Shown: positions 13,154 to 25,644 of the stretch, one piece after another
Position numbering within the stretch: the stretch's first letter is position 1
How the letters are laid out: each line of letters begins with the position of its first letter
Assembly: GCA_002269645.1 (NCBI GenBank)
Contig: NIVC01000988.1
Location: 248,001 to 312,000, forward strand
From: Macrostomum lignano
Taxonomy: Eukaryota
Direction: 5' to 3'
DNA length: 64,000 bases
Position numbers and translations under genes: made by a program
Notes under the pieces: model-generated
What the model was told of the DNA's origin: nothing
Database searches by the model: none
What the model saw: only the letters and a program-made list of their open reading frames with translations

Positions 13154-14191
13154 TCAGTATCGACAGTTTCTGCGCCATGCGCCGCCGCTAACACCGACAT
13201 TCCAACGACGCATGACGCTAGCCAGACTCTCTGTGGTCGATGCTGGCAAAATCGACATACCTGGTCGAAGCAGATGACCGACAGTGTCGACCAGGCAATC
13301 GTCGGAACCGACAGCGGGCTCGACAACCGCCTCCTCTGGTCGCCAGTGCTCAGTGGGATCTGGCGGTGCCGATGTTGCTGCCGATGCCGCTGTCGATGTC
13401 GATCGTGGTTTATTAAACCGCTGCGGCGGTCGTCGAGTCGACCAGGCCGATTCGTCAACGGCGACTCGTTCGACACTGCCGGCCGACAGGTCGAGTCGAC
13501 GAAGACTGACGAACAGCTGCTCGCCAGGTGCCGCATTCACCGCGGCGGAGCGAGCTTCGACTAGACGGGGATCGTCCTTAGATACGGGCAAGTCGCTCAG
13601 ATCCTCAGCGACGTTGTCGTCTACTTCTTCGGCAACAACAGCTGAGCGCAGAGTCTGCAGTCGCTGCTGCAGTCGGAGGCTGGTGCCACGCTGCGGTGCG
13701 GCCAGCACCGAGGCTGCCACAGCGGTGCCTGAGGCGGCGGCTTCATCAGTCAGTCTGTCACAATCCATGCCGCTCGGCGGCACTGTCACAATTGCCGCGT
13801 CACCATCGCTATTGTCGACAAAATCATTTTTGTGTTCCTCTTTCGGTGGTATGCAACGATAGGGCAGGCGGACTGGAGTTGAATCGACAAAAGTTACCCG
13901 TCGTCCGCGACTGTCGCTGGCAAATGCCTGCCGACGGGTTCCGTTGCTGACCGCGGCGGCGGAGGCCGCGACATCCTCCGGCGTGCAAGTCAACTCGTCG
14001 TCCGGCGTCGGCGCGGATAGCGGCGTCGCTGGCGAGCGCCAGGCGGCGGAGGTTGGCGCGACACAGGCGCCATTCATAGTGGTAGACGAGATGTCGGATG
14101 CTGAAGTTAAGCTGAGCGCGCTCATCCGTCTAGGATGCTGCTGCTGCTGCTGCATGGGTTGTTGATTAGATAGAGTCAGAATTGGATCCAT
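13154..14191 (-). CDS. Hypothetical 345-aa low-complexity protein, single exon
   Basis: GC-rich ORF in AT-rich flanks; tttcag|ctcttcgccATG acceptor 9 nt upstream; RRVTF is a possible PP1-docking RVxF motif (inference). Confidence 0.55.
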   Translation of the reverse strand: MDPILTLSNQQPMQQQQQHPRRMSALSLTSASDISSTTMNGACVAPTSAAWRSPATPLSAPTPDDELTCTPEDVAASAAAVSNGTRRQAFASDSRGRRVTFVDSTPVRLPYRCIPPKEEHKNDFVDNSDGDAAIVTVPPSGMDCDRLTDEAAASGTAVAASVLAAPQRGTSLRLQQRLQTLRSAVVAEEVDDNVAEDLSDLPVSKDDPRLVEARSAAVNAAPGEQLFVSLRRLDLSAGSVERVAVDESAWSTRRPPQRFNKPRSTSTAASAATSAPPDPTEHWRPEEAVVEPAVGSDDCLVDTVGHLLRPGMSILPASTTESLASVMRRWNVGVSGGAWRRNCRY

Positions 14192-14608
14192 GGCGAAGAG
14201 CTGAAATGATTCAGAGAAGATGTTCTTTTTGCATCGACTCTGAAGTGCATTGTACTTTAGTTTCAGTGCACTTTGTGTACTACAATATTAAAGCGAAAAA
14301 TATACCATAATGAGTTAAAAAATCACTTTATAATCTAAACGCTAAGAAAATGCGCGTATTTACGACTATATATTTGTTTCTTATTGACACATAATTACAC
14401 AACTTTTACAACAATTTTTTTATATTTGAGTCGAACTTTATTCTTGAAAACTGAAATTATTTAACACGGTTAAAACTGACATACGTGGCAGTGACGGCTT
14501 GGATCAGTGTCAATTAAAGGGAGGTGGGTGTTACTTTGAGTTATTGTAGATATGAGGTTAAATTTATAGAGATTGCTAAGGGTCGATTGCCTAATTGATT
14601 AAAGCATC

Positions 14609-16736
14609 CTATTGCTGACACTGACGCAACATGCTGATATGCCGGCGAAGCTTCCTAGACGACGAAGACCGACGGCTAGTCGCAACGCGCTTTAAACAAG
14701 CCGACAACTGACGCGCCAATTGTAATTCCCAATTTCTAGCCGCGGCTTTGAAATTGGCGTCGCTGCCGTCTCTGTTGAACGATACTGGCGGCAGCTGCGA
14801 TACGCGACCGCCGTTGAGGTCAAATAAAGTTGCAAGAAATGAAGCATTGTACGAACCGCTCGGATGCCTGTTAGTCAAGTGAGTGATGGCAGCTACAAAG
14901 GGTCCAACTGAACTAGCTAGGCACTGGTCTGTGCCAGACTCAACTCTGGCTAGAAATAGACGATGACAACGAGGACAGGCGACTGTTAAAAGCAACTTCA
15001 TTGATGGCAGATTGGCGAACAGTTCCGACATTGGACAGCAGACTGGATGACTTCGCCAGTGCGTGTGCAGCTCCGAGGAGCTGGCGAATAAAATCGGTTG
15101 GCCGGCGTCGATGCCTTTGCAGCATAGTCCTCGACAAGTGTACTCATTGGCTGTTACTGCTACTCGTTTGCGACTAACAATAGGACGGGCGGCCCACATC
15201 TCTCTGTGCAATTGTGAAAGGGAGGCGGTGAACACGTAGTAAGTCTTTACGTCCTCAAGCGGCTCGTAAGGCGGTTACGTAGACAGTTGCTAATTCAAAT
15301 GTTTGGTAGAGTGATTCTTAATAATTGCTAGGGTGATTGTCAGTGTTTTCTATAGCGATTCTAGTACTTCTAGAGAGCACTACTGACTGAAAATTATTAG
15401 GAGAAATAGATCATTGTGCATCCTAAAATTATACTTGTCAGACCCAGTTTTAAACCCTTCCTAGTAGACCTAGTCTTAAACCAAAAAAGGACAGAAAAGT
15501 TTAGCGGTTAATAAGTTCGGACACACCACGACTGCCGCTTTGATTTTTGGCAGTGCACAATGCCACACTGAGAACTTAAAATTAGCTAGCTAACCTTCCA
15601 GTGCGATGCTCTAGGCTGTAATGCAAACCGCACGCGAATCTGCAACCAACCGGCATTGCGCAATCGGGACACAGAATTTCCAAATCAGGATTTCCCTGCG
15701 CCGCAACTGCTTGTCTTTGAACACACCGAGGCGACACCACCGATTGAACTGTGGCAACATCCGACTGACGAATACATTCACTAGCGGTGGCGTGGCCGCT
15801 CACAGTCAAGTGTAGCCGAATTTCATCTCTGCCCGTTCGGCATAAATTGCAGATGTCGCATTGAAATATGCGACTGATTGACGTTTCGTCGCCAGCATCG
15901 CTCAAGAAGGAACTAGCGTCTGTTTTATCTTCAATTCGGGCTATTTTAGCGTCAGAATCGGCATCTGAAAGACCCGATCGCTTTCCAAGGCTTGTACCTG
16001 GCTGGCACAATTTATGAGAGTTTGTTTGAGAGTTGTCGGTAAAAGAAACAGTTTGAACATTGGGTAGCGATACACCGACAGTTTCAACATCTGAATCAGA
16101 TGAATTTTCCGAGTCGCTGTCACCAGAATGACGTAACTCTTCAGGATCCTGTGATTGACTAACGTTCTCACGTAATTCTACAGAGGCCTGTGATTGGCTG
16201 GCGGAAATTGCACTGTTTTGGCGTAATTCTACAGAGGCCTGGGATTGGCTGGCACTATTTTGGCGTAATTCCATAGAGGACTGTGATTGGCTGGTACTAA
16301 ACTGACGTAATTCTACAGAAGCCTGTGATTGGCTGGTACTAAACTGACGTAATTCCAAGGAGGCCTGTGATTGGCTAGCACCCGAGTGATGCCTTTTATT
16401 AAGCACCTGTGCCTGCCTATCATCAATGTCTCGAAAAGGGTCACATTGTGGCATGATTCCTGTACCAGGTCGCATTGGAGAATCATGAGGATAAGGCGTC
16501 TGATTAAGCACTTTAAGTCTAGGCGGATTCGACAGGTGCAAATGGTGCACCCGGTTGACCCAACTGCCCTGACGACTGGCGCTATTTAGCCAGGACTGAC
16601 GAAAACTAGCAGCAGCCTGTTGTATCGCCTGAGTTGAATAGCTCTGATAGTTTCTACTACTACTAGTAGTACTACTACCGCCGGTCAGTATTCTATTATC
16701 GCGAGCTCTGCCAAAGTGCTCATTGCGTCTGCGCAT
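14609..16736 (-). CDS. C2H2-type zinc-finger protein, 2 exons (16736-15595, 15203-14609), 578 aa
   Basis: Fingers FQCDIC..HLTVSGH, ILCPDC..HYSLEH, YTCRGLCC..HTHWRSH, VACPRC..HLTNRH; phase-2 donor GGAAG|gttagc joins phase-2 acceptor ttgcacag|AGAG; internal SQSQASVELRQ repeats. Confidence 0.7.
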
Positions 16737-17111
16737 CTGAAAGTTGGAAGGTAAACAGTTTTACAAATAATTTGTAAAAAAACTTTTATTTATTAATAGA
16801 GCGAATAGCAGAAGTAGAGATACAACTAAAATACAATATAATGAAAAAATAGCAAGAACTAATACAATCGGTGCATGACATGCAGTATGAAAGAATAGTT
16901 TTTTATTTAGTCATTTCTTTTACAAAAGGGAGGCTTAAATAACAAGGTATTAGGTAGGGTGTAGTACGAGCTTCATTATAAATGAGATCGTTATAATAAT
17001 GACTATGGTGGGCAGCAGGTTCAAAATCTGAATAAATTTGATTAATAGAACAAGTCAAACTTACTAACTATCAATTAAATCTTTGTTGTCAAGGTAAACA
17101 ACCTTGAAGGT

Positions 17112-17378
17112 TTAATAATAATAACAATTGATTACACCCCAACTGGGTCAGATGTGAAACTGAAAGCATCTGAATGCTGCGTACGACTGCTCAGTCTAAG
17201 GACGCGGGGAAGGGGGGTCGCCACACACATAATCAATTACCCATTTTACAGTTTAGTGAACTGAAGCAATGCAGAATAAATTGTCTTGCTCAAGGACACA
17301 AATTGTTCCAGTGAGATTGGGAATCGAACCTCCGACCTTTCGCGCGAGTCCGACGCTCTAACCACTAGGCTACAGCCC
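17112..17378 (-). mobile_element. tRNA-derived SINE with CORE/V-like central domain
   Basis: Minus-strand head GGGGCTGTAGCCTAGTGG (A box)...GGTTCGATTCC (B box), then TGTGTCCTTGAGCAAGAC...CTGTAAAATGGG; (TAT)n tail; 10-bp TSD CCTTGAAGGT at 17102 and 17379. Confidence 0.88.
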
Positions 17379-17635
17379 CCTTGAAGGTGTAAGACTGCTT
17401 TACGTTATCCAACCATGTTGCTATGAATGCAGATTTACACTTGGGATTCATATATCAATTACAACATCATAAGCAATCTTAACTAGTTTTCTTCCATAAA
17501 TCCCTAACTGAAATTCATTATTTGTGTAGAATTAGCCAAACTAAATATCAGGTTCAGGTAAAGCATTCGGTTTGCTACATGCTAGCTTGAAAATCTATAC
17601 AGAAACTGCACAGTCGTGCATATTATGTCACAAAT

Positions 17636-18430
17636 CTATCGACCAATTTTATCCACAATCCACTCCTTCTGGCACAGCGGGCACCGGTTGTTCTTCTTCA
17701 CCCAAAGCGACATGCAACAATTGTGGAACGAATGACTGCAGTTGCCCCACACAACAACGCACGAATCGGAGTTGTTCTCAGACTGGCACCTGGAGCAGGC
17801 ATCCATTACCTGCGAATGAGGGGGAGGGTTTGATAAATTGATAAGCGTGATTTTAAAATACACGCACAAAAGCTAATGTGAGTTATAAATGGATTATTGA
17901 AATAAGAGCAGATAGTATTGTTAGTAGTAGTTCAAGTATGCTTAGACTATTCTACCGTTAGTAGTATAATAGTATATAAAAGTTCTTTACATTATATCGT
18001 TAGAAGTGAAACTTTGTTCAGACTATTCTACTATTAGTAGTTTAAAATTTTGCTAAAATTTTCTACTATTAGTAGTGTAAATTTTTGTTCCACTCTTCTA
18101 CAAATAGTACATAGGTAGTGCAAGATTTCATTGCCTCTTCTACAGTTAGCAGTGTAGTTGTACACAATTAAATTGCAAAATTAGATTGCAGGGGTCAGTA
18201 TGTAGATAGCTGTATTGACTATGAGTCAATAAAGACAATTTTTACCTTACCTGAATACGACAAATTGCGCAGGTGTCACATTGCACATCCCAGCTCCACA
18301 TAGCAACTAGATTCCATTTCTTCAATACAAATGGTTTAGCAGCTGAGCTAGAACTACCAGTAGTAGGGGCAACAGCAGACTTATTAGCTGATCCAGACCC
18401 AGCTGATTGATTGACAGCATCTACATCCAT
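17636..18430 (-). CDS. RNF7: RING-box protein 2 (RBX2/SAG/ROC2), 2 coding exons (18430-18251, 17809-17636), 117 aa
   Basis: [27 protein letters not shown]|VMDACSRCQ...[34 protein letters not shown] matches the RBX2 RING-H2 pattern; canonical gtaagg/cag junction. Confidence 0.96.
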
Positions 18431-19794
18431 GCTTTTTTTATTTATATCAGTCTGCAAGAAAATCAGTGGTACAATGTTTATAACAAAAATTTAATAACTT
18501 TAGCACAACAACTTACATTTATATATCTGAAGATTAGTTTACAATTTTTGGAATTGACTAGGATTATACTTTTGTAAAGATTCTACAAAATAAACATTTA
18601 TTTTAGAATCATATCTATCTGTGTATAGATCAATTACATTACAAAAGAAATATAGTTTCAATTAAATACTAGTAGTTTAGAAAGAAAAACCTATACAAAT
18701 TTGGCATATTTTGCAGTAAAGTGAAGTAAAAGGAATATATATTGTATATATTACTAATAAGTAGAATAGGACCTACCAAGTTTAGAAATTAACAATAAAC
18801 TAAGTAGCTCTCAGAATATACACATAAAATACTATTTGAAGCCATCCCGTGACCTTTTAATCTTGGGACTGCCATAGTCAGGAAAGTGGCCTATACAATA
18901 GATTTCTTTGGTATACATTTGCTATGTTATACTTGGCCTAGCATATACTCTAGTGTACAAAAATATCTTATACTAAAGTTGTTTGTCAGTAGGTTAACTC
19001 TTCCTTGTTAACTCAGTGTTAAAACTTATATGGGAAAACTGCAAATTTTCCTAGTCAGGTTTTAGGCTATTTTTATCTTTCACTTTTACATTTTAAGATC
19101 CCTAAAAAGCAGAAAACGGCAATTCTGACCTTTGATAATCTTATTTGTCCCCTCTTTTTGCTCAGAGCTGAAAATTTTAATGAATTTTGAGTGATTGCGC
19201 CACAACTTTCTCTTATCTTGCCAGTGAATTTTCTCTCCAGTGGGGGGATGGGGGCATTCTTAGTGGCTGCATGTGTAAAATCCGACCCTGGCTCACTGGC
19301 TGACTATATAGAAAATTGCGCAATGATATGGTAAATAGTGTTGAAATCTAATTGTTTTATTATCAGCACCTTTCAATTGACTGCCCTGTGTAATTTTTAG
19401 ACAGGGAAATTCAACAAATAAACTTGCGAGCATCTTTAGCATGCAGTGAATGTACACTCAATATTTCAATGCTTTTAAGTTGAAAAGTTTCAAATGCCAA
19501 CTGTTGCTTGAGTTTTTAACTTTAAGAGGGGGGACTTATATTGCTGGAAATATCTTTCAATGCTGAGTTTAGAGACATATGTTGTTTGCTTTAAATATGA
19601 AAAATAAAAGCACAGCATTGAAAAAAAATGATTTCTATACTTTTAACTTTCTGCAGAGTGTACTGTACTCATTTTGGAGTTCAATGGGGTCTAGTTTCAC
19701 TGAGAGGATTTCTGTTTCCTAGAGAATATTTCAAGGTTGTTCAGTTTCATGGAGAGCATTTCTATTTCATGGAAAAGATTTCAATAGAGTCTAG

Positions 19795-20313
19795 TAGTGT
19801 TCCGCATAAGGAAGGTCCATGTACCATAGCCATAGCCATAAGCAAAACTATGGCTTATTCCAATTCTCCATATTCTGTAGCCATAGGGACCCCAATATTA
19901 CCATATTCCCTTAGTTCCCATAGCCATACCCATAGTTTTAACAAAAAGTCTAGAAAACAATAATATTTTGAATCAAGAAGATAACCTAGTACTTAAGCAA
20001 CTGCCAATTAAGTTAGAAAATAAAAGAAACACTCAATTGCCTTTGTAAGATTATATTTCGTCTTTTTTCAGAGCAAAAAAACTTAATCGTTACTCAAACT
20101 ACTCATGCTGAACTTTTTCACATTCAATTTTCTAAAATTAATAACTATGGCTATGGGAATCTATGGAATGTGATAACAACTACCATATTTCCATAATTGT
20201 AGCCATAAGAGCAGCTAGCTACTGTAGATGAATCCATAACTGCCATAGGCACCTATTTTACCATATTTGCTGTAGGATCCCGTAGCCATAGCTATGGCTA
20301 CAGCGAAACACTA
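19795..20313. mobile_element. hAT-like MITE, 519 bp
   Basis: TIR TAGTGTT(C/T)CGC; 8-bp TSD GAGTCTAG at 19787 and 20314; subterminal CCATAGC repeats. Confidence 0.8.
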
Positions 20314-20607
20314 GAGTCTAGTTTCACAGAAAGGATCTTAATGGATTTAAAAAAATGTTAGATGATGGGATCTAGGTCATGGAATTCAGCTGATGGATTT
20401 CTGGGAATGGAATTGTAGTGATTAGAGTTTTTCCTATTTCTCCTCCATTGGAAGAGTTGGCCTTGTCTCTTAATACTAAAAGTGTGTTTGTCTGTGTGTA
20501 TGTTTATTAGATGTCTCTTCCTAGACTATTGCCAAGTCAGTGTTGAAACTTATAAGGAAAAACCAAATTTTCCAGAATTGGCTTTAGGCTATTTTATTAG
20601 GCCTATT

Positions 20608-20905
20608 CATACATGCGCAACCTCTGAAATTCGGTCGGCCATGCGACTTAGTTTTAACAAAAATGCGACGTAGTTTTTGGCCAAAAATGCGACTTACATG
20701 TAAAAAAACCCTAAAGCAAAATTAACGCAACTTTGGGTAAACGGCAGGAGTAACTATGACTGTCTTATTAAGCCAAAATGCCTCATCAGCTACTTAGTAC
20801 TACTACTTGATTATTTTTTCGGGTGGGCATTTTTGCGACTTCCTTGGTTGGCCGCCAAATCGGTCGGCCGGATCGGCCGACTCGGCCGACTGTTGCGCAT
20901 GTATG
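20608..20905. mobile_element. hAT-like MITE, 298 bp
   Basis: Perfect 14-bp TIR CATACATGCGCAAC; 8-bp TSD GGCCTATT at 20600 and 20906. Confidence 0.88.
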
Positions 20906-21655
20906 GGCCTATTCTTACATTTTCAATTTTTAAGATCCTTAAAAAAGTAGAAAACTGCAATTCTGACCTTTGATAATCTTATTTGTCCTTTCTTTCTGCT
21001 TGGAGCTGAAAATTTACATTAATTTTGAGTGATTATACCATTAGTTTCTCCTATCTTGACAGTGTATATTCTCTCTCCAATGGGGGAATGGTCACATTCT
21101 CAATGGCTACATGTATATAGGCCTTAATCAGACTCTGGCTCACTGGCTGATTGTATAGACAATTGCACAATGATATCTATTCTGCTTTTCAATAGGCTGC
21201 CCTATATGATATAGGCCTAGCTAGGCAGTAAAATTCAAAGAATAAACTTGTGAGCAACTTGAATGACAAGGACTATAATGGCAATATTGTAAATTTTAAT
21301 GAGTGTTATATATAGCTTTATATATATATGACATTATACGAGTATTGTATATACTATACTTCAACATACTTTAGCTTTCTATATACTTTAGTATTCACCA
21401 AATTGGCTGTTGCCAAACTGACTTGTCGCTGAATCGGTTGTTGCTGAATTAGCTTGTCACCAAATTAACTGGAAGCCTTAAAAATAATTGAAAACAAAAA
21501 TAGAAAATATTAGAGATTTACAAAACAAAATTAAAACAAATAAGTTCAATAGTGAAAAAACCAACTACATAGCTATAAACTGGCAAAAAGCTACTACATA
21601 CCTACGTCCTATGCACTTGCAAACATAATATTAATATTATATTGATAACAAAAAA

Positions 21656-22085
21656 GGCAAAGTCCTACTTTGCTGCGTTAAATTATTTTGACCTCTTTTT
21701 TTTCATTTCAGCCAAACTGGTGACTACTATGGCCAGGCGACCTAGGGCACCCACAACAGTCGTTCCTGTTGCTGATGTACGGCCCGCTGACGAGCTCTGC
21801 AACCTGGACGTCACCCATCGTGAGCTGGTGCTACTGACATCAGACAGGGCAGCGGCCATGCGCTGGTTGGCCACATATGGGCTGATTCGCAACTCCCGAA
21901 CATGCGACCATTGCCCAGAAGCTCCGGCCATGCGACTGCAGCACCAAGATGGAGCCCAGTTTGTCGATGGCTACACCTGGTCATGCCCTACCTCTACTCT
22001 ACTCCAGTGTAACTGTAACTCTAATTAGCGTGATTTTAACTTTTTATCGTCAAAATAATTTAACGCAGCAAAGTAGGACTTTGCC
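21656..22085 (+). mobile_element. Merlin (IS1595-like) non-autonomous deletion derivative, 430 bp
   Basis: Perfect 37-bp TIR GGCAAAGTCCTACTTTGCTGCGTTAAATTATTTTGAC; flanks CAAAAAA on both sides; internal peptide WLATYGLIRNSRTCDHC..MRL..DGYTWSCP resembles the Merlin transposase N-terminus. Confidence 0.8.
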
Positions 22086-23407
22086 CAAAAAAATAATTAA
22101 TAATATTAATAATATGCTTTTGCTGTGTTGCATTGCATAGGTAGCCTAGGCATATATATCATATGTAGGTTTTTTCCACTATTGGCTTACAAGTAGGCCT
22201 AACAACTATAAAAAAATTATATAGGCCAATATAATATGCTTAGGGGCATATACCTATATATTCAGCATGCAGCATGATATGCAGCACTAGGGGCCTAGTG
22301 ACTAAAAAACAAATAAACAAAGTGGCGATGCAGGCGATTTAACACTAGAATATGCCAATTGGTTTAATTAATAAGTCTTATGGACCTTTACCTTTCCTTT
22401 TAGAAATTTTTGCAAAACGCGCCAGCTAAACGATCGTTTGAGAAAATCGAATTTTTCCGCACTTAAATTTGCACAAGTTATCACTTTCTCGTGTATTTTT
22501 ACTGTTAAATTTTACTTAAACCTAGCTTCCTAAAAAATACTTTTACGTGCTAAAAATAAAAACACCCACGTTTATTACTTAAATTATACTTTTTATATAA
22601 AAAATTCACTTTGATCAGTGTTTTCTAAGAACCCGATGCCACTTAAACATACGTTTTTACCCATTTTCTTCAACCGACCAGGCTTTTGCATTGCCTAGAA
22701 AATTCGACGAAATTCATATGTGCTTAATTTTATTTTTTTTTATTTAAAGCATGCGAGACCATCAACTATGCTTCAATGTAAAATTTTAGGCTTTTATTTC
22801 GAATAAGGCAATATTATAATTTTTTCACTAGCTAGGCCCTATTATAACGGCCGACTGTTCAAGTTGGACCAACACTAACAGGCATTATTTAATTTTTTGC
22901 TGCCAGGCCGATGCAACTAAAATAGAAATATTTGTATAAAAAAATATACATGAAGTTGTTGATATACTCCTTTACAATGCAAAAATAGCTAAACTTTAAT
23001 AGTTGGGGCAAATATGGATCATTAGCTTTGTCTTAATACAAGACCTGGGCCTAGTCTTAATGTTTAATAATATAGATAGCTGCTAGTGCTAGGCCTATAT
23101 TTCTCTTCTAAAAAGTTTGTCTGTACATTTTAAATTGATGATACTACCAGGTCTTATGTAAAAAATGTTCATGACTATTAATTATCTATTTTATTTTTTG
23201 TTAAAATGGATACAATTGTGATAAATATTTGTCATAGCCTAGGGGCCTATAGTTTTGCAAGATTGAGCCAGATGATTTTCTAAGAAACAAAGTTTCTTTT
23301 CAATTATCAATGATCTATTTTGAATTGGTATTGTTTGCCCTTAGCCTTGGTTAGTATGCATAAGAACTAAAGGTAGGCCTATTTTTAACAAAAACTATAT
23401 ATCTCAA

Positions 23408-24125
23408 CCATAGTCAGGAAGGTGGCAGTTTGGTCGGAAAATTCTGGCGCACACAAGCCCTTTTTGGGCACACAACGGCGCACAACGGCGCACAGCGGCG
23501 CGCCACAACAGTGCACAGCGGCGCACAGCGGCGCACAACGGCGCACAACGGCGCACACCAGAGGACACTGGCGCATGGTGGCGCGGCGCGGCGGGTGCCG
23601 CGCCACATGCAGCGTTACCCTTGTGGCGATCCCATGTAACGATGTAAGTCGTTACTTGTTACAGTACACTATTCACTGTTCTATCTAATGTAACACTGCA
23701 TTCTACCAAAAAATAAAAAATAAAATAAAATATTTTCCTTTTCCTTTTTACCTTTGTTTTTGCCATTTGCTTACTTTTTATGTTTGTTTTGTTTTAAAAA
23801 TTAGAAATTAAATTAAAAATTTTTTAAATTTCTATTTTCGGTTTAACGATCTCAATTTCTCATAATATAGATAGCCCGTAACCGTCCCGTATTAACCATT
23901 ATATTCTCTTGTCTCGTGACTCGACTCTCGTGTAACGTTTATTGAAAATATTGGTGCACAAAAATTGTTGCTATGTTGTAAAAAAAGGTCTTTTATTGTC
24001 GCAAGGCAGGTAGTGGCGGGCGCACAACGGCGCACACGAGGGTTTTTGTGTCGGCGCACGGCGCACAATTTTGGGAGAGGCCAAAATTTGTTCCGGCGCA
24101 CACTCTGCCACCTTCCTGACTATGG
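23408..24125. mobile_element. MITE with 8-bp TSD (hAT-like), 718 bp
   Basis: Perfect 21-bp TIR CCATAGTCAGGAAGGTGGCAG; TSD TATCTCAA at 23400 and 24126; many subterminal GGCGCACA motifs at both ends; a solo TIR-like copy lies near 18872. Confidence 0.9.
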
Positions 24126-25644
24126 TATCTCAATACTGTATATTAGCATTTTTATATCAACTTTTCTCCTATTTAGGCCTACCTAGGCTAGGCCCCTATA
24201 TAATTAGAATTAACCTCAAAGCTATATATATTATATAGGCTTATACATATACAATTGCTAGCTAACCTGGCTAATCTAGCAAAAATTTATCAAAAGGGCC
24301 ATAGATTAAAAGGGTGGCAGTCAAAAGGCAATCAATCAAAAGGGCAACAGTCATAACAGTTAGGCTATAAGTCTACATCACATGTATTAGACTTAAATGC
24401 ATTGTCAAAATGTATATTTGTTAAAATAAGTTTTGTTAAAAATATATAAGTAGTTAAAATGAATATCTTAAAACTGTATTGGCATTCTATATATGCATGT
24501 ATAGTTATGTAATATGTACCAAAGACTACTCAGATATTAAAAGATGGGAAACCCTGTTTCTTAAAAATGTTACAAAGCAGTTATTTTATAAAATATATAG
24601 GCCCTAATAGACATAGCAAGTTTTCATTTTTTGGCATAGAAAGTTGTTATTGCTCTCAGTCTAGACTCAATGACTTAATGCTCATCTTTTGATATGTTCT
24701 GCCTTTCTTATAGGTCTATTGCATTGCATAGACAAGGTATCAATCCTTCAGAGTGTCCTTCAGAGTACTTGCACTCTGAAGCAATGCACTTGCAGTTTAT
24801 GCATGTATCTTTAGTATAAATTATACATTTAGTATAAGTAGACTAGCTAATTAGAGCTGGCTGCCAGCAGCCAGAATAATTTTTTATTGCCCCCCTTTAA
24901 GTGGAGTGGAGTGAGTTTTCTTATCAGTTGGCTCTGGCGCAATCAATTAAAATTGACTGTGAAGTTTCTGGCTGATAAAATTTGCATTGAAAAAGCCCAT
25001 TTAAAACAGTTTTTCGAATATTTAATCCCTTTAGCATTGAAGCAGATACAAGAAATTTTAACTGTCTTCTTTCCAGACAATTTTGCATCTTTTGGCGAAA
25101 ACGCGATCGAAATCGGTGAAGAATTGCTCGCTCTAGAGCGTTATGGACATTCATTCAAGCATACAAACCTTAGAGATTTAGTATATTTAGATAGACATGC
25201 TACCTAATTGCAAACTGACATTTTGATTTTTAGCAGCATCTAATGAAGCTTAGTATGTAGTATATGTATGATACTAACTGACAACTCTTCTGTGATATTC
25301 ACAACAATGTTTTGTAAGTCAGGCCTAGTTTATGGTTTATTTATCTAAATTATATTGGGATATTTTTCAATTCTAACCTGGAAATTTCTAGGATATACTT
25401 TGTGGTTGAGTTCAAGGCTAACATAATATAAAACAATAGGAAAAATAAGTTATGCATAGTGCTTACTTTGGATTATGGTATATGACTACATGCATATCTA
25501 TACATTTGTGTGCCTGCTTAGATGAGCAACTTTGCAGTATGACCAGTGTGTGACAGCTTATCTCTTTATGGTTGATTTGCTATTGGCTATTACCCTGTGG
25601 TCATTCAATGTGCTGATAACCTCCATTTCACGAGTCTCTGAATG

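Larger units (their letters stand above)
19040..21260. repeat. Two diverged copies of an ~370-bp dispersed repeat (~19040-19420 and ~20560-21260); the second is split by a MITE
   Basis: Shared TTTAAGATCC..AAAAAG.AGAAAAC.GCAATTCTGACCTTTGATAATCTTATTTGTCC and CTGGCTCACTGGCTGA. Confidence 0.75.

Noticed and set aside
17290-17378. tRNA gene (also the heads at ~43210-43282 and ~54340-54412)
   Set aside because: A/B boxes continue into SINE bodies with tails, and two of the three copies have clear TSDs; no clean cloverleaf.
24887-25207. 106-aa ORF and its antisense partner
   Set aside because: AT-rich, non-ATG start, no motif; likely degraded repeat sequence.
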